Source: Candidatus Saccharimonadota bacterium
Lineage (GTDB): Bacteria; Patescibacteriota; Patescibacteriia; 2-12-FULL-60-25
Length of the DNA stretch: 32,000 nt
Direction: 5' to 3'
Assembly (NCBI GenBank): GCA_022843095.1
Contig: JALHOH010000001.1
Span: 180,001 to 212,000 of the forward strand
Of this stretch, positions 18,429 to 27,180 are shown in pieces. The translations under genes were made by a program, and so were the position numbers. Every line of letters begins with the position of its first letter. The first letter of the stretch is position 1. The notes under the pieces are model-generated. The model was given only the letters and a program-made list of their open reading frames with translations. It made no database searches and was not told the origin of the DNA.

Positions 18429-18686
18429 ATGGAGGACTTGCAGCCCGCGCTTTCACCAACCGTGCGTTCCCCGCGCAAGTTTTTGAAACGCGCCATTCCA
18501 AAAGTGATTCCGGATCCCTCGAAAACCATCATTGTGCTGCGTGCCATCGAGTCTGCGGCCGCAAGTCGGCTGGATGAGGATCTCTTGGCCGTTCAATTCG
18601 CCTCGCTGGGGTATCAGGACGAAATCTTGCTGGAGCTTCAACGGATTTATCACGAATATCTGGAAAAAATACACACCGCCCCGTAG
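18429..18686 (+). CDS. hypothetical small protein (85 aa)
   Basis: Non-biased composition (AIESAAASRLDEDLLAVQFASLGYQDEILLELQRIYHEYLEK). Its stop lies in the loop of a strong hairpin. 28 nt downstream of dnaN. No family recognised. Confidence 0.45.
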   Translation: MEDLQPALSPTVRSPRKFLKRAIPKVIPDPSKTIIVLRAIESAAASRLDEDLLAVQFASLGYQDEILLELQRIYHEYLEKIHTAP

Positions 18687-18694
18687 GGCGGTGT
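18673..18694. terminator. hairpin between convergent genes (bidirectional terminator)
   Basis: ACACCGCCC cgta GGGCGGTGT, a 9-bp stem, between the 85-aa ORF (+) and the PBP gene (-, stop at 18697-18699). Confidence 0.6.
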
Positions 18695-18696
18695 TA

Positions 18697-21555
18697 TTAA
18701 TCTGTAATATTCAGCCACATGCTGGTTGTTTCTGCGGATCCATCACGGCGCGTCGCTTCGATGCGTAGTTCGTATCGCCCTGCAGGAGGGCCGAGTGACG
18801 CACGCAATGGCACCCGTGCGGTGGTCGGATTGAAGGCGGAGTCCGCGAGGCGGCGCTGCCCGTCTGTGCCATAGAAGACCGCATCCACCCGTTGATAGTT
18901 TTCCGGATCCGGAATGGAGACTTCAATGGTTTTGGGGAAGGTTGTGCGTTGCCAAATCGGCTCGCCAACCGGTGAAAGGATGCTAATCCCCGCGGAGGGC
19001 ACGGGTGAGGTTCCGGGTTGAAGCTGAATGACGATGCGCGCCGTGCCACGATTCCCGACGTCGTCGATGGCGGTGACATTCAGGTCGTAGTAGCCCGGAG
19101 GAACGGATCCGGGAACGCGAGCTTCAATCGTCCAGGGCGCAGAAACGGAAATCCCGATGGGCGTTTGGTTCAGCGACGCCTCGAGTCGCACCACCCCGCG
19201 CGGTGCCTGCACATGTGCGGAGACAAGGAATTGTCGTGAGACAAGCGTTGATTGATCCGAGGGGGAAAGAATGGTGACCTTCGGTTGATTCTCCGGGGTG
19301 TGCACGTCGTCGAATCCGGGAAGGACGGTGCTGGTGGCATTCCATTTCGTTCGCTGCACCCACGATTGGACGGCCGTTTCCCAGGCGACGTACTGCGGAT
19401 CACTCATCGGGTTTGCTGGAGGCGGACCCTGAGGATCGTCTTTGTCGACGTAGTGCAGAATGCTATGCGGTTCATACGCGATCCGCTCTTCGACAAATTC
19501 CGGCGGGGTAAATGCAGTCGCGCGTTTGTTGGAGATGCGGTCGACCTGCACTTTTTCTTCGAACCCGGTGCCCAAGATGGCAGGCTTGGTCACGGTCGGA
19601 GGGGTTGGAGGGGTGAATTTTACAACCGGCATCCCTTGGCTTGCGCGTTTCATGTACGCCTGCCAGATCGGTGCCGCGATGATGCTGCCGTCAGCCCCAC
19701 GCTTCATCGCATCGTTGTTGTTATTGCCAACCCACACGACGGCAACCAGATTCGGGGTATACCCCGCGGTCCAGGCATCGTGAAAATCGTTGGTTGTCCC
19801 TGTTTTTGCCGCAACCGGTCGATCGGGCAACACAAGCACCGTTTGTCCGAACGTGCGCGATTTATTGTCTGACATGACATCCGAAATCAGCCGCGCGACC
19901 TGCGGATCCATCACTTGTTTCCCTTCGCTTGGCTTCCATTCCTGAAGCGTCTGACCGCTCGGATCCGTGACCTTGAGAATTGGGGCGGTTTCATGGCGCA
20001 AGCCATCTGCAGCAAAGGCACCATACGCGGCCGCGTGTTCCAATGGGACCACCTCGCCTCCGCCAAGCACGAGCGCAAGTCCAAAACGGCTGCGTTCCTG
20101 AAAGGTGGAGTAGCCTAATTCTTCTGCAAAATCGATCACCCGACCCACTCCCACGAGGTACAACATTTTCACCGCAGGAATGTTGAGTGAGCGCTGCAAC
20201 GCGCTCCGAATGGTGGTTGGACCATTTTCTTTGAGGTCGTAGTTTTTTGGTTCGTACGGGCGAGCTTCTGTCCCAAAATTTGTGGCTACATCCCACAGCT
20301 TTGTTTCCGGGAGATACCCTTTCGCAAATCCCGCGGCATAGACAATGGGCTTGAAGCTCGATCCCGGTTGTCGTTTGGAGTTGGTGGTTACGTTTTGCTG
20401 ACCATCAATGGTTTTATCGAAGTAGTCTTTCGATCCAACCATAGCGAGAATGTGGCCATTCGTCGGATCAAGCGAAATGAGAGCGGCATTGGAAAAACTG
20501 TATTGCTTTCCACGCGCTTCAACCCCCTTCTTTACCTCTTCTTCCGCAATTTGTTGTTTGGTCCAATCAAGCGAAGTGATCACGCGCAGTCCGCCTTCCG
20601 CAGTCTGTTTGACGCCGTATTGTTCTTCCAGAAGTCCGCGCACGTACATCACAAAATGAGGCGCTTTGATGTTGGTGATGCGTTGCGCACGCAGTTTTTC
20701 GAGCGTCTTTACGGTCTTTGCGGCCTCCGCTTCCTCTTTGGAGATGTATCCCTGTTCCGCCATTAAATCCAAAATGTACTGCTGGCGAACGGTCAGCTGC
20801 TTGCGGTTATCTCCACGGGAACCGGTGCCGTACGGATTGTAAAAATCCGGGCGTTGCGGGATCGCGGCAAGCAGGGCGGCTTCATCCAATGAAAGTTCTT
20901 TGGCCCGTTTCCCAAAATAACTTTGTGAGGCCGATTCAATCCCGTAGATGGTGGAACCGTACGGAATTTCATTCAGGTACATCTGCAAAATCTGATCTTT
21001 GGAATACTCTCGTTCAATTTGAAGCGCCAGCAAGAACTCCTTGAGTTTGCGAGAAAACGTGCGCTCGTTCGTCAGAATGGCGTTTTTCACCAACTGTTGG
21101 GTGAGCGTCGAAACACCCTGGAGGCGCTGGCCTTTGGTGACGGATAAAAATGCGGCACGAAAATAGGCGCGCCAATACACCCCGTGGTGTTCGTAAAAGT
21201 TTTTATCTTCGATAGCGACCGTCGCATGTTTGATGCTATTTGGGATGTCTTCGATCGTCACGAGCGTTCGATTTTCTTCCCCGTGGATTTCATACAGCAG
21301 AACTTCGCCGGTTCGATCAAAAATCTTGGTAGATTGCGGGACCGCGCGGGTCCGCAAGGTGTCCGGGTCCGGAAGATCGCGAGAAACCCAGGCGGCAAGC
21401 AGCGTAAACGCGATAATCCCCGCAAGTCCAAGGGAAACACCAAGAATCGCCAGGACCTTTAGCGCGGTTTTCCAGCGTTTTTTTTGAGACTTTGGGGCAG
21501 TTCCCTCATCGGCGGAGGGTTCCTTGCGCAGCAGTTTTTTGAGGCGGAACGGCAT
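18697..21555 (-). CDS. class A penicillin-binding protein (PBP1A-type glycosyltransferase/transpeptidase) with long C-terminal extension
   Basis: 952 aa. N-terminal TM. GT51 motifs EDKNFYEHHGV and RKLKEFLLALQIEREYSKDQILQMYLN. Transpeptidase motifs SSFKP, SLN and KTGTT. About 310 extra C-terminal residues. Confidence 0.93.
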   Translation of the reverse strand: MPFRLKKLLRKEPSADEGTAPKSQKKRWKTALKVLAILGVSLGLAGIIAFTLLAAWVSRDLPDPDTLRTRAVPQSTKIFDRTGEVLLYEIHGEENRTLVTIEDIPNSIKHATVAIEDKNFYEHHGVYWRAYFRAAFLSVTKGQRLQGVSTLTQQLVKNAILTNERTFSRKLKEFLLALQIEREYSKDQILQMYLNEIPYGSTIYGIESASQSYFGKRAKELSLDEAALLAAIPQRPDFYNPYGTGSRGDNRKQLTVRQQYILDLMAEQGYISKEEAEAAKTVKTLEKLRAQRITNIKAPHFVMYVRGLLEEQYGVKQTAEGGLRVITSLDWTKQQIAEEEVKKGVEARGKQYSFSNAALISLDPTNGHILAMVGSKDYFDKTIDGQQNVTTNSKRQPGSSFKPIVYAAGFAKGYLPETKLWDVATNFGTEARPYEPKNYDLKENGPTTIRSALQRSLNIPAVKMLYLVGVGRVIDFAEELGYSTFQERSRFGLALVLGGGEVVPLEHAAAYGAFAADGLRHETAPILKVTDPSGQTLQEWKPSEGKQVMDPQVARLISDVMSDNKSRTFGQTVLVLPDRPVAAKTGTTNDFHDAWTAGYTPNLVAVVWVGNNNNDAMKRGADGSIIAAPIWQAYMKRASQGMPVVKFTPPTPPTVTKPAILGTGFEEKVQVDRISNKRATAFTPPEFVEERIAYEPHSILHYVDKDDPQGPPPANPMSDPQYVAWETAVQSWVQRTKWNATSTVLPGFDDVHTPENQPKVTILSPSDQSTLVSRQFLVSAHVQAPRGVVRLEASLNQTPIGISVSAPWTIEARVPGSVPPGYYDLNVTAIDDVGNRGTARIVIQLQPGTSPVPSAGISILSPVGEPIWQRTTFPKTIEVSIPDPENYQRVDAVFYGTDGQRRLADSAFNPTTARVPLRASLGPPAGRYELRIEATRRDGSAETTSMWLNITD

Positions 21556-21607
21556 AGAAGGGTTTCTTAAATTTATCTTAATCTACAATAATTTCATGCG
21601 TCAAGGA

Positions 21608-21636
21608 TTGACAAACTTGTGATTTTACGCTATGGT
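21608..21636 (+). promoter_or_regulatory. candidate sigma70-type promoter
   Basis: TTGACA (21608-21613), 17-nt spacer, TATGGT (21631-21636). About 40 nt upstream of the 3D-domain gene. Confidence 0.5.
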
Positions 21637-21677
21637 ATTGCTCTCTCCGATGATATATCGGTTTCTGGATTGGATCT

Positions 21678-22298
21678 ATGAATATGCTGCAAAGTGTCTC
21701 CAATCAGTCGTTTACGAAGAAGTTTGTCCTTACGGCGCTTCTCCTGACTTCCTGGATCGGCCCGCTTGTTCCGCTCGCGCATGCCGCATCTTCTGATACC
21801 TCGTTATTGAAAACGTGGGTTGCGGGAAAGAATGACGTGAAAACGGAACAGTATGAAATTCCGGTGATGGAAGAGGAAAAGAAGCCGGTGAAGACCATGA
21901 AGTTGGATATCACTGCCTATTCTTCTGCCGTGGACGAATGTGACGATAGCCCGTTTTTGACTGCGGACGGTTCGGTTGTGCGCGATGGAATCGTGGCGAC
22001 GAACGTCTTGCCGTTTGGAACGAAATTGCGTATTCCTTCGCACTTTGGTGACAAAGTGTTCGAAGTTCGTGACCGCATGAACCCGCGCTATTCCTACCGT
22101 ATGGACCTGTGGGTGGAAAATAAGCAGGTTGCACGTCAGTGGGGAATTAAGCGGAACATCACGGTGGAAATCATTGAGATGGGAAATGGAAAGAAGTCCT
22201 GGGATCAGTGGAAGGGGCGCATGAAAGAAATGCAGATGGTTGGGAAGTACGGCCCAACGGCCTTGAAGGAAGAGCCGGTGAAAAAGGAAGACGCGTAA
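21678..22298 (+). CDS. secreted 3D-domain protein (MltA/RlpA-like double-psi beta-barrel, cell-wall-binding/lytic)
   Basis: 206 aa. Signal peptide ending PLAHAASS. ITAYSSAVDECDDSPFLTADGSVVRDGIVATNVLPFGTKLRIP...FEVRDRM matches the 3D-domain pattern. Confidence 0.8.
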   Translation: MNMLQSVSNQSFTKKFVLTALLLTSWIGPLVPLAHAASSDTSLLKTWVAGKNDVKTEQYEIPVMEEEKKPVKTMKLDITAYSSAVDECDDSPFLTADGSVVRDGIVATNVLPFGTKLRIPSHFGDKVFEVRDRMNPRYSYRMDLWVENKQVARQWGIKRNITVEIIEMGNGKKSWDQWKGRMKEMQMVGKYGPTALKEEPVKKEDA

Positions 22299-22301
22299 TC
22301 G

Positions 22302-22332
22302 AAAAACATCCGCCATCGTGCGGATGTTTTTC
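22302..22332. terminator. hairpin terminator shared by the 3D-domain gene (+) and tRNA-Cys (-)
   Basis: AAAAACATCCGC catcgt GCGGATGTTTTT. Confidence 0.65.
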
Positions 22333-22333
22333 T

Positions 22334-22408
22334 TGGAGGCGTGGGCGGGAATTGAACCCGCGCATAGGAGTTTTGCAGACTCCTGCCTTACCACTTGGCT
22401 ACCACGCC
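22334..22408 (-). tRNA. tRNA-Cys (GCA), CCA encoded
   Basis: Reverse complement: GGCGTGGTAGCCAAGTGGTAAGGCAGGAGTCTGCAAAACTCCTATGCGCGGGTTCAATTCCCGCCCACGCCTCCA. Acceptor GGCGTGG/CCACGCC, anticodon arm GGAGT-CTGCAAA-ACTCC, T arm GCGGG-TTCAATT-CCCGC, discriminator U. Confidence 0.93.
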
Positions 22409-22536
22409 GACGAGTGAGGAACGAGAAAACAAAGAGGCTTTTTTCGAACGAATGGGATCGTAGCAAAATGGTCCTTCCGCGGGAAGAGGGAGGCAAAGAC
22501 AACGGGGTGCGGCAATGCTACATTGGCCTACGTTCT

Positions 22537-25224
22537 ATGCAGAAACCTCGGTTGTATATCTTGGATGCTAATGCCCTGCTCCATCGTGCCTGGCATGCCC
22601 TTCCGCCGCTCACGGCCCCTTCGGGGATGGTGGTGAATGCAGTGTATGGCGTGTTGATGGTGGTCATGAAATTAGTGACCGATCATAAACCGGATGCTTT
22701 TGTCGCCTGCTGGGATACGGAAGCACCCACGTTTCGACACGAAAAATACGAGGCGTATAAAGCGCATCGGGAAGAGCAGCCAGACGAGCTGTATGCCCAG
22801 GTTCCGGTACTGCAAGAAGGGCTTACCTATCTTGGAATTCCTTCGGTGGAGCTGGATGGATATGAAGCGGATGATCTGCTGGGCACGATAGCAACACGCG
22901 CCGTGCGCGATGGTTGGGATGTGACGATCGTGACCGGTGATCGCGATGCCCTGCAATTAGTGCGCGACGGAATTTCTGTGCTCGCTTTTAAGAAAGGGGT
23001 AACCGAAACGGTGTTGTTTGATGAAGCGGAGGTCAAAAAACAGTATGGCCTCTCCCCCGCGCAATTTTTGGAATACAAGGCCATGCGCGGAGACCCGTCG
23101 GACAACCTCCCGGGGATCAAGGGAATTGGAGAAAAAGGCGCCACGGATTTGCTGCAGCGCTTTGGGGATTTGCAAGGAATTTTGAATGCAGCACACGATC
23201 CGGCGTCAGCGCTCACAAAATCCGTACGGGAAAAACTGTTGGCGGCAGAATCGGATCTCCCGAATCTTTTGGAATTAGTGAAGATTGTCACGGACGCCCC
23301 CATTGAATATACGCCGAAACAACATTCCGCCGTAATTACAGACGTTGAGGGGTTCAAAAAGTATCTGCTGTCGTACGGATTTAAGACGCTGGCTGGACGT
23401 ATTGGCCAGGAGCGTCCGAACACGGCGCTCTCACGTGAGGCAGCTGTTTCGAGTAAGCCGAAAACGGGGAAGACCACGGAAATCGGTTCGCAGTCCGGAA
23501 CGTTTGTCGTTTCGTATCTGGAGTCGGTGCAGGAGGTATCGTCATGGGTCCGTGATCTCCAGACGGCGCTTCCCCTGCTTATCCATGTACAGCGCGGTCA
23601 GGAAGGATCTCTGTTTGGGGGTGCCGTGGATGGGGTGATTGTTGGTCAGGGTACACAATTATCCGTGATTCCTACGGCAACCTGCCGAAACACCGAGGTT
23701 ACCCAGCTGTTGCAGGAGGTGCTTACGCGTGCGGACCTGTTTCGTGTGGCTCATGATGGAAAACTACAACAAAAATGGTTAGAGGTCCTTGGAATAGAGG
23801 CTGGCGCTTGGTCATTTGATACCATGCTTGCCGCCTATTTGTTGGGAGCGGGAGAACGGAACCATGATATTTCGCAGATCGCGTTTACCTATGCCGGGAT
23901 GGTTGTGACGCCTGAGGCGTCGCCCGTGGTCGAGGCGGAGTCCATTTTGCGATCGATCGAGCCGCTTAAGATGGCACTAGAGGAACAGAGGCTGACGCAG
24001 GTGTTGAACAGGTTTGAGTTGCCGCTCATCCCCATCTTACGATCCATGGAACGCATGGGGATCAGGATTGATGCGGACTATCTTCGGACGCTGCATGATG
24101 AATTTCTCGCCCGCAAACAAGGGCTCGAGCAAACAATGGTGCAGCTTGCAGGGAGACCGTTTAACCCGGCGTCTCCGGGCCAGCTTGCGGAGGTGTTATT
24201 TACGGATCTTCAACTCCCGACCAAGGGAATTAAGAAAGGGAAAACAGGTTTATCTACGGCAGCCCAGGAATTGGAGAAACTGCGCGGCTCGCATCCTATT
24301 ATTGAGTGCGTCGAAGAGTATCGCGAAGTGGCAAAACTGCTTTCGACCTATGTGGATGTGTTGCCGACGCTCACCGATCGCGAAGGGCGCGTGCATACAA
24401 CATTCAACCAGGCGGTCACCGCGACGGGACGCCTGTCTTCGACGGATCCAAATTTACAAAACATCCCCATCCGGACGGAGCTTGGGCGAAAAATTCGGCG
24501 TGCATTTATTGCGTCACCAGGATATCGGTTAGTCTCATGCGACTATTCGCAAATCGAACTACGTATCATGGCGGCGCTTGCCAAAGATGAAGGCATGCGT
24601 TCGGCCTTTCTGCGCGGAGAAGATATTCATACAGCAACCGCCGCCGCAATTCTGGGGATTCCTCCTCAAGAGGTCACGAAAGATCAGCGTCGCATCGCAA
24701 AGGCGATTAACTTTGGTTTGATTTTTGGCCAAGGCCCGCAAGGGTTGTCGCAGGCGGCGGGAATCTCCTTTGCCGAGGCAAAGGAATTCATCGCTAAGTA
24801 TTTTGAGGCGTACGCCGGTATTCGGCGGTACATGGTCGAGACCAAAGCATTGGCGCAAACACTGGGGTATGTAGAAACGCTGTTTGGACGTCGACGCTTG
24901 CTTCCGGAGATCACTTCCCTGCTCCCTCAAATGCGTGCCCAGGCAGAGCGCATGGCGATCAATATGCCCGTCCAGGGCACGGACGCAGACCTCATGAAGC
25001 TTGCCATGATTCGGTTGTCACAAGATCTCCCCACGCGGTATCCAAAAGCACGCATGTTGCTTCAAGTGCATGATGAATTGGTCTTTGAGGTCCTGGAACA
25101 CGAAGTGGAGCCGTTTGCTGCGTACGTGAAAGAGTGTATGGAGCAGATCGAAAAGATCGGAGTTCCGATTGTGGTAGAGGCGAAAGTCGGCCAAAATTGG
25201 GAAGAAATGCAAAAATTGCCCTAG
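22537..25224 (+). CDS. polA: DNA polymerase I
   Basis: From ATG 22537: MQKPRLYILDANALLHRAWHALPP (5' nuclease domain). Polymerase motifs DYSQIELRIMA, RRIAKAINFGLIFGQ and QVHDELVFE. The track ORF's upstream part (22318-22536) overlaps tRNA-Cys and is rejected. Confidence 0.95.
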   Translation: MQKPRLYILDANALLHRAWHALPPLTAPSGMVVNAVYGVLMVVMKLVTDHKPDAFVACWDTEAPTFRHEKYEAYKAHREEQPDELYAQVPVLQEGLTYLGIPSVELDGYEADDLLGTIATRAVRDGWDVTIVTGDRDALQLVRDGISVLAFKKGVTETVLFDEAEVKKQYGLSPAQFLEYKAMRGDPSDNLPGIKGIGEKGATDLLQRFGDLQGILNAAHDPASALTKSVREKLLAAESDLPNLLELVKIVTDAPIEYTPKQHSAVITDVEGFKKYLLSYGFKTLAGRIGQERPNTALSREAAVSSKPKTGKTTEIGSQSGTFVVSYLESVQEVSSWVRDLQTALPLLIHVQRGQEGSLFGGAVDGVIVGQGTQLSVIPTATCRNTEVTQLLQEVLTRADLFRVAHDGKLQQKWLEVLGIEAGAWSFDTMLAAYLLGAGERNHDISQIAFTYAGMVVTPEASPVVEAESILRSIEPLKMALEEQRLTQVLNRFELPLIPILRSMERMGIRIDADYLRTLHDEFLARKQGLEQTMVQLAGRPFNPASPGQLAEVLFTDLQLPTKGIKKGKTGLSTAAQELEKLRGSHPIIECVEEYREVAKLLSTYVDVLPTLTDREGRVHTTFNQAVTATGRLSSTDPNLQNIPIRTELGRKIRRAFIASPGYRLVSCDYSQIELRIMAALAKDEGMRSAFLRGEDIHTATAAAILGIPPQEVTKDQRRIAKAINFGLIFGQGPQGLSQAAGISFAEAKEFIAKYFEAYAGIRRYMVETKALAQTLGYVETLFGRRRLLPEITSLLPQMRAQAERMAINMPVQGTDADLMKLAMIRLSQDLPTRYPKARMLLQVHDELVFEVLEHEVEPFAAYVKECMEQIEKIGVPIVVEAKVGQNWEEMQKLP

Positions 25225-25250
25225 GACACGCGGTCGCGTAGCATGGCGGC

Positions 25251-26081
25251 ATGGTCATCGTCTGTGAAGGGCCGGACACATTTCGCGCACAAGAAAAAGC
25301 GCGTGAATTAGAGCGTGCCTTTCGAGAAAAATACGATGCGCACGGCACGAGTATCGAACGGGTTGCGCAGGGAAAAGAGGCGGCAAAGGAGGTCATTACA
25401 CGGTCCGGAGGATTAAGTCTGTTTGCGACCAGGCGCTTTATTCGCACCGCGAATTTGTTTCAGGATCTCGCAAAAAAAGAGGAGTCCCCGCTGGTGCATG
25501 CGTTGGCGCAGACAAATGAGACGACGATTGTCGTTTCTGTAGAAGACAAGCCGGTTTCTGCTGCCCTAGAGAAGAAAATAAGTGAAGTAACAAAGTGCAT
25601 TCGATACCCATTCCCCCTTCTTCAAGGAGGCGCATTCGTAGAGTTTCTCCGCACTTGCGTGGCGAAACATGGATTTTCGGTCTCATCGAACGTGCTTGAG
25701 AAAATCGCCACAACCACAGACGGAGATACCTGGGCTGCCTGGAATGAGCTACAAAAGGCGCAGGCACTGGGGGATGCGTATGTCCAAGTGAACCGAAAGG
25801 AAGAGGCAGCAGATGCGTTTCTCCTTGCGGAACGGATGGTTCGGGGGGATGTGTTGTCACCTACGGATCGTCTGACGATCCCTCTCGGAGTGCAGGCGCA
25901 TGTATTTCGGCAGGCATTGCGCTGTCTGGATGGAAGCACGGTAGGTCTATCGCCATTTTTTGTGAAAAAATGGAGAAATATCCATGAATCAACAGAGATT
26001 CGGTTGCGATACGCTCACTTTATCCGAAGCTTGGTCGGTTCTCGAGTAGGACTGGGTTCTGAGCAGGAAATGGGTTGGTAA
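25251..26081 (+). CDS. holA: probable DNA polymerase III delta subunit (HolA-like)
   Basis: 276 aa. N-terminal MVIVCEGPDTFRAQEKAREL and SLFATRRFIRT are like delta-subunit domain I. Later TWAAWNELQKAQAL is like the delta NELeKL block. Convergent with rpsT, a common holA neighbourhood. Assigned by pattern recognition only. Confidence 0.6.
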   Translation: MVIVCEGPDTFRAQEKARELERAFREKYDAHGTSIERVAQGKEAAKEVITRSGGLSLFATRRFIRTANLFQDLAKKEESPLVHALAQTNETTIVVSVEDKPVSAALEKKISEVTKCIRYPFPLLQGGAFVEFLRTCVAKHGFSVSSNVLEKIATTTDGDTWAAWNELQKAQALGDAYVQVNRKEEAADAFLLAERMVRGDVLSPTDRLTIPLGVQAHVFRQALRCLDGSTVGLSPFFVKKWRNIHESTEIRLRYAHFIRSLVGSRVGLGSEQEMGW

Positions 26082-26086
26082 CAAAA

Positions 26087-26103
26087 AATCCCGATGTGGG
26101 ATT
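26087..26103. terminator. short hairpin between convergent holA-like gene and rpsT
   Basis: AATCCC gatgt GGGATT flanked by an A-run and a T-rich run. It overlaps the rpsT stop codon. Confidence 0.4.
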
Positions 26104-26365
26104 ATTTTGTTGCGTTCAGCTGCTTGTGGAGGGAAGAAATCTTGCGTGCAGCTTTGTTTGGATGAAGGACGCGATTCTTTGCGGCCTTTCCAAGTGCCTG
26201 TTGCAAGGTTGGCATCGCCTTAGCGGCATCCGCCTTTTTCCCTTCTTTCAGCATGGCAGCAATGGACTTGCTCAATGCCTTTACGTGCGTTTTCATCCGG
26301 GCATTCCGGTCGGCGCGCGTAATGTTCTTGCGCAAATCTTTAATGGCGGCGTGCTTATTCGGCAT
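26102..26365 (-). CDS. rpsT: 30S ribosomal protein S20
   Basis: 87 aa, MPNKHAAIKDLRKNITRADRNARMKTHVKALSK. Basic all-helical S20 pattern. Confidence 0.92.
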   Translation of the reverse strand: MPNKHAAIKDLRKNITRADRNARMKTHVKALSKSIAAMLKEGKKADAAKAMPTLQQALGKAAKNRVLHPNKAARKISSLHKQLNATK

Positions 26366-26382
26366 AGAAATGAAGTGTTCGC

Positions 26383-26411
26383 AGTGTATGTGTGTTTAAA
26401 ACATTCGTCAA
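26383..26411 (-). promoter_or_regulatory. candidate rpsT promoter
   Basis: Minus strand: TTGACG (26411-26406), 17-nt spacer, TACACT (26388-26383). Back-to-back with the tRNA promoter. Confidence 0.4.
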
Positions 26412-26420
26412 CAGGTCTTT

Positions 26421-26449
26421 TTGACAGTCGGGATTTCAATCCTTATAAT
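26421..26449 (+). promoter_or_regulatory. consensus sigma70 promoter for the tRNA-Arg/tRNA-Ala unit
   Basis: Perfect TTGACA (26421-26426), 17-nt spacer, perfect TATAAT (26444-26449). tRNA-Arg starts at 26472. Confidence 0.65.
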
Positions 26450-26471
26450 TTCGCCGCACTTCGATAACCCT

Positions 26472-26546
26472 GTCTCCATAGTTCAATGGATAGAACGAGG
26501 GACTCCTAAGCCCTAAATCGTGGTTCGATTCCACGTGGAGACGCCA
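26472..26546 (+). tRNA. tRNA-Arg (CCU), CCA encoded
   Basis: GTCTCCA-TA-GTTC-AATGGATA-GAAC-G-AGGGA-CTCCTAA-GCCCT-AAAT-CGTGG-TTCGATT-CCACG-TGGAGAC-G-CCA. Cloverleaf folds by hand, anticodon CCT. Confidence 0.93.
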
Positions 26547-26579
26547 CGTGGTACATGTAATAAAGTACATGTAGGGCCT

Positions 26580-26597
26580 ATGTTTCACGTGAAACAT
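26580..26597. promoter_or_regulatory. parS: parS site 1 (ParB/Spo0J-binding centromere palindrome)
   Basis: ATGTTTCACGTGAAACAT. The inner 16 bp TGTTTCACGTGAAACA is the fully symmetric form of the parS consensus TGTTNCACGTGAAACA. Confidence 0.85.
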
Positions 26598-26643
26598 TAG
26601 CGTAGTGGTTTCGGTGCGTTCAAGTCCGAAAATATGAATTCGT

Positions 26644-26719
26644 GGGCCGATAGCTCAGTTGGTAGAGCGCTGCATTCGCATTGCAGAGGTCAGGGGTTCG
26701 AATCCCCTTCGGTCCACCA
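26644..26719 (+). tRNA. tRNA-Ala (CGC), CCA encoded
   Basis: GGGCCGA-TA-GCTC-AGTTGGTA-GAGC-G-CTGCA-TTCGCAT-TGCAG-AGGTC-AGGGG-TTCGAAT-CCCCT-TCGGTCC-A-CCA. The G3:U70 Ala identity pair is present. Confidence 0.95.
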
Positions 26720-26725
26720 CGTTGA

Positions 26726-26758
26726 ATACCCAGGTTGAATGACCTGGGTATTTGATTT
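26726..26758 (+). terminator. rho-independent terminator after tRNA-Ala
   Basis: ATACCCAGGT (26726-26735), loop TGAATG, ACCTGGGTAT (26742-26751), then TTGATTT. Confidence 0.7.
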
Positions 26759-27035
26759 CCCAGAAGTTTGCTCCCCCTCATCCGACAAGCTGAATAAATA
26801 CGAGGCCGTCCCTTACACCCCCGTTTCCGGTCTTTATTCGTGGCCTGTTTTTGTGGTCTCTTTTGTGTCTTGAGTGAAGGGCTGGTCTTGGTCGGTATGG
26901 AGCGATCCCGCATTGGGAATCAATGGACTTGCTGGCGGCAAAACGCTGAAAACGGTCAGGTTAATGACGGGAGTTTGATTTTTAATTTTGCAAAACAAGC
27001 ATTTTTTTGACCCATAAATAGATAAAAAATTAATA

Positions 27036-27053
27036 ATGTTTCACGTGAAACAT
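27036..27053. promoter_or_regulatory. parS: parS site 2
   Basis: Identical 18-mer. The palindrome extends to 20 bp (AATGTTTCACGTGAAACATT). Confidence 0.85.
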
Positions 27054-27096
27054 TGTGTTAATGCATTAACAGATAATGTGTCGTAAAAATCTTAGT

Positions 27097-27120
27097 CTTA
27101 TGTTTCACGTGAAACATAAG
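27097..27120. promoter_or_regulatory. parS: parS site 3 (24-bp palindrome)
   Basis: CTTATGTTTCACGTGAAACATAAG. The left flank TTAGTCTTA is shared with site 4. Confidence 0.85.
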
Positions 27121-27180
27121 CGATCGGTTCTTCGATTTTTGATACAAGCCGTTGTTCTAAATACTCGAAAGTAGAAGGAT

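Noticed and set aside
22318-22536. Upstream extension of the polA ORF.
   Set aside because: It overlaps tRNA-Cys on the opposite strand. The Pol I 5'-nuclease domain starts cleanly at MQKPRLYILDANA (22537).
26552-26573. TACATGTA-N6-TACATGTA just after tRNA-Arg could be a regulatory repeat.
   Set aside because: It most simply forms an 8-bp hairpin in the tRNA-Arg/tRNA-Ala spacer, acting as a processing or pause structure. It lacks a U-tract and I have no other evidence of function.
26620-26913. 97-aa minus-strand ORF.
   Set aside because: It runs antisense through tRNA-Ala and its terminator and has a basic, junk-like composition.
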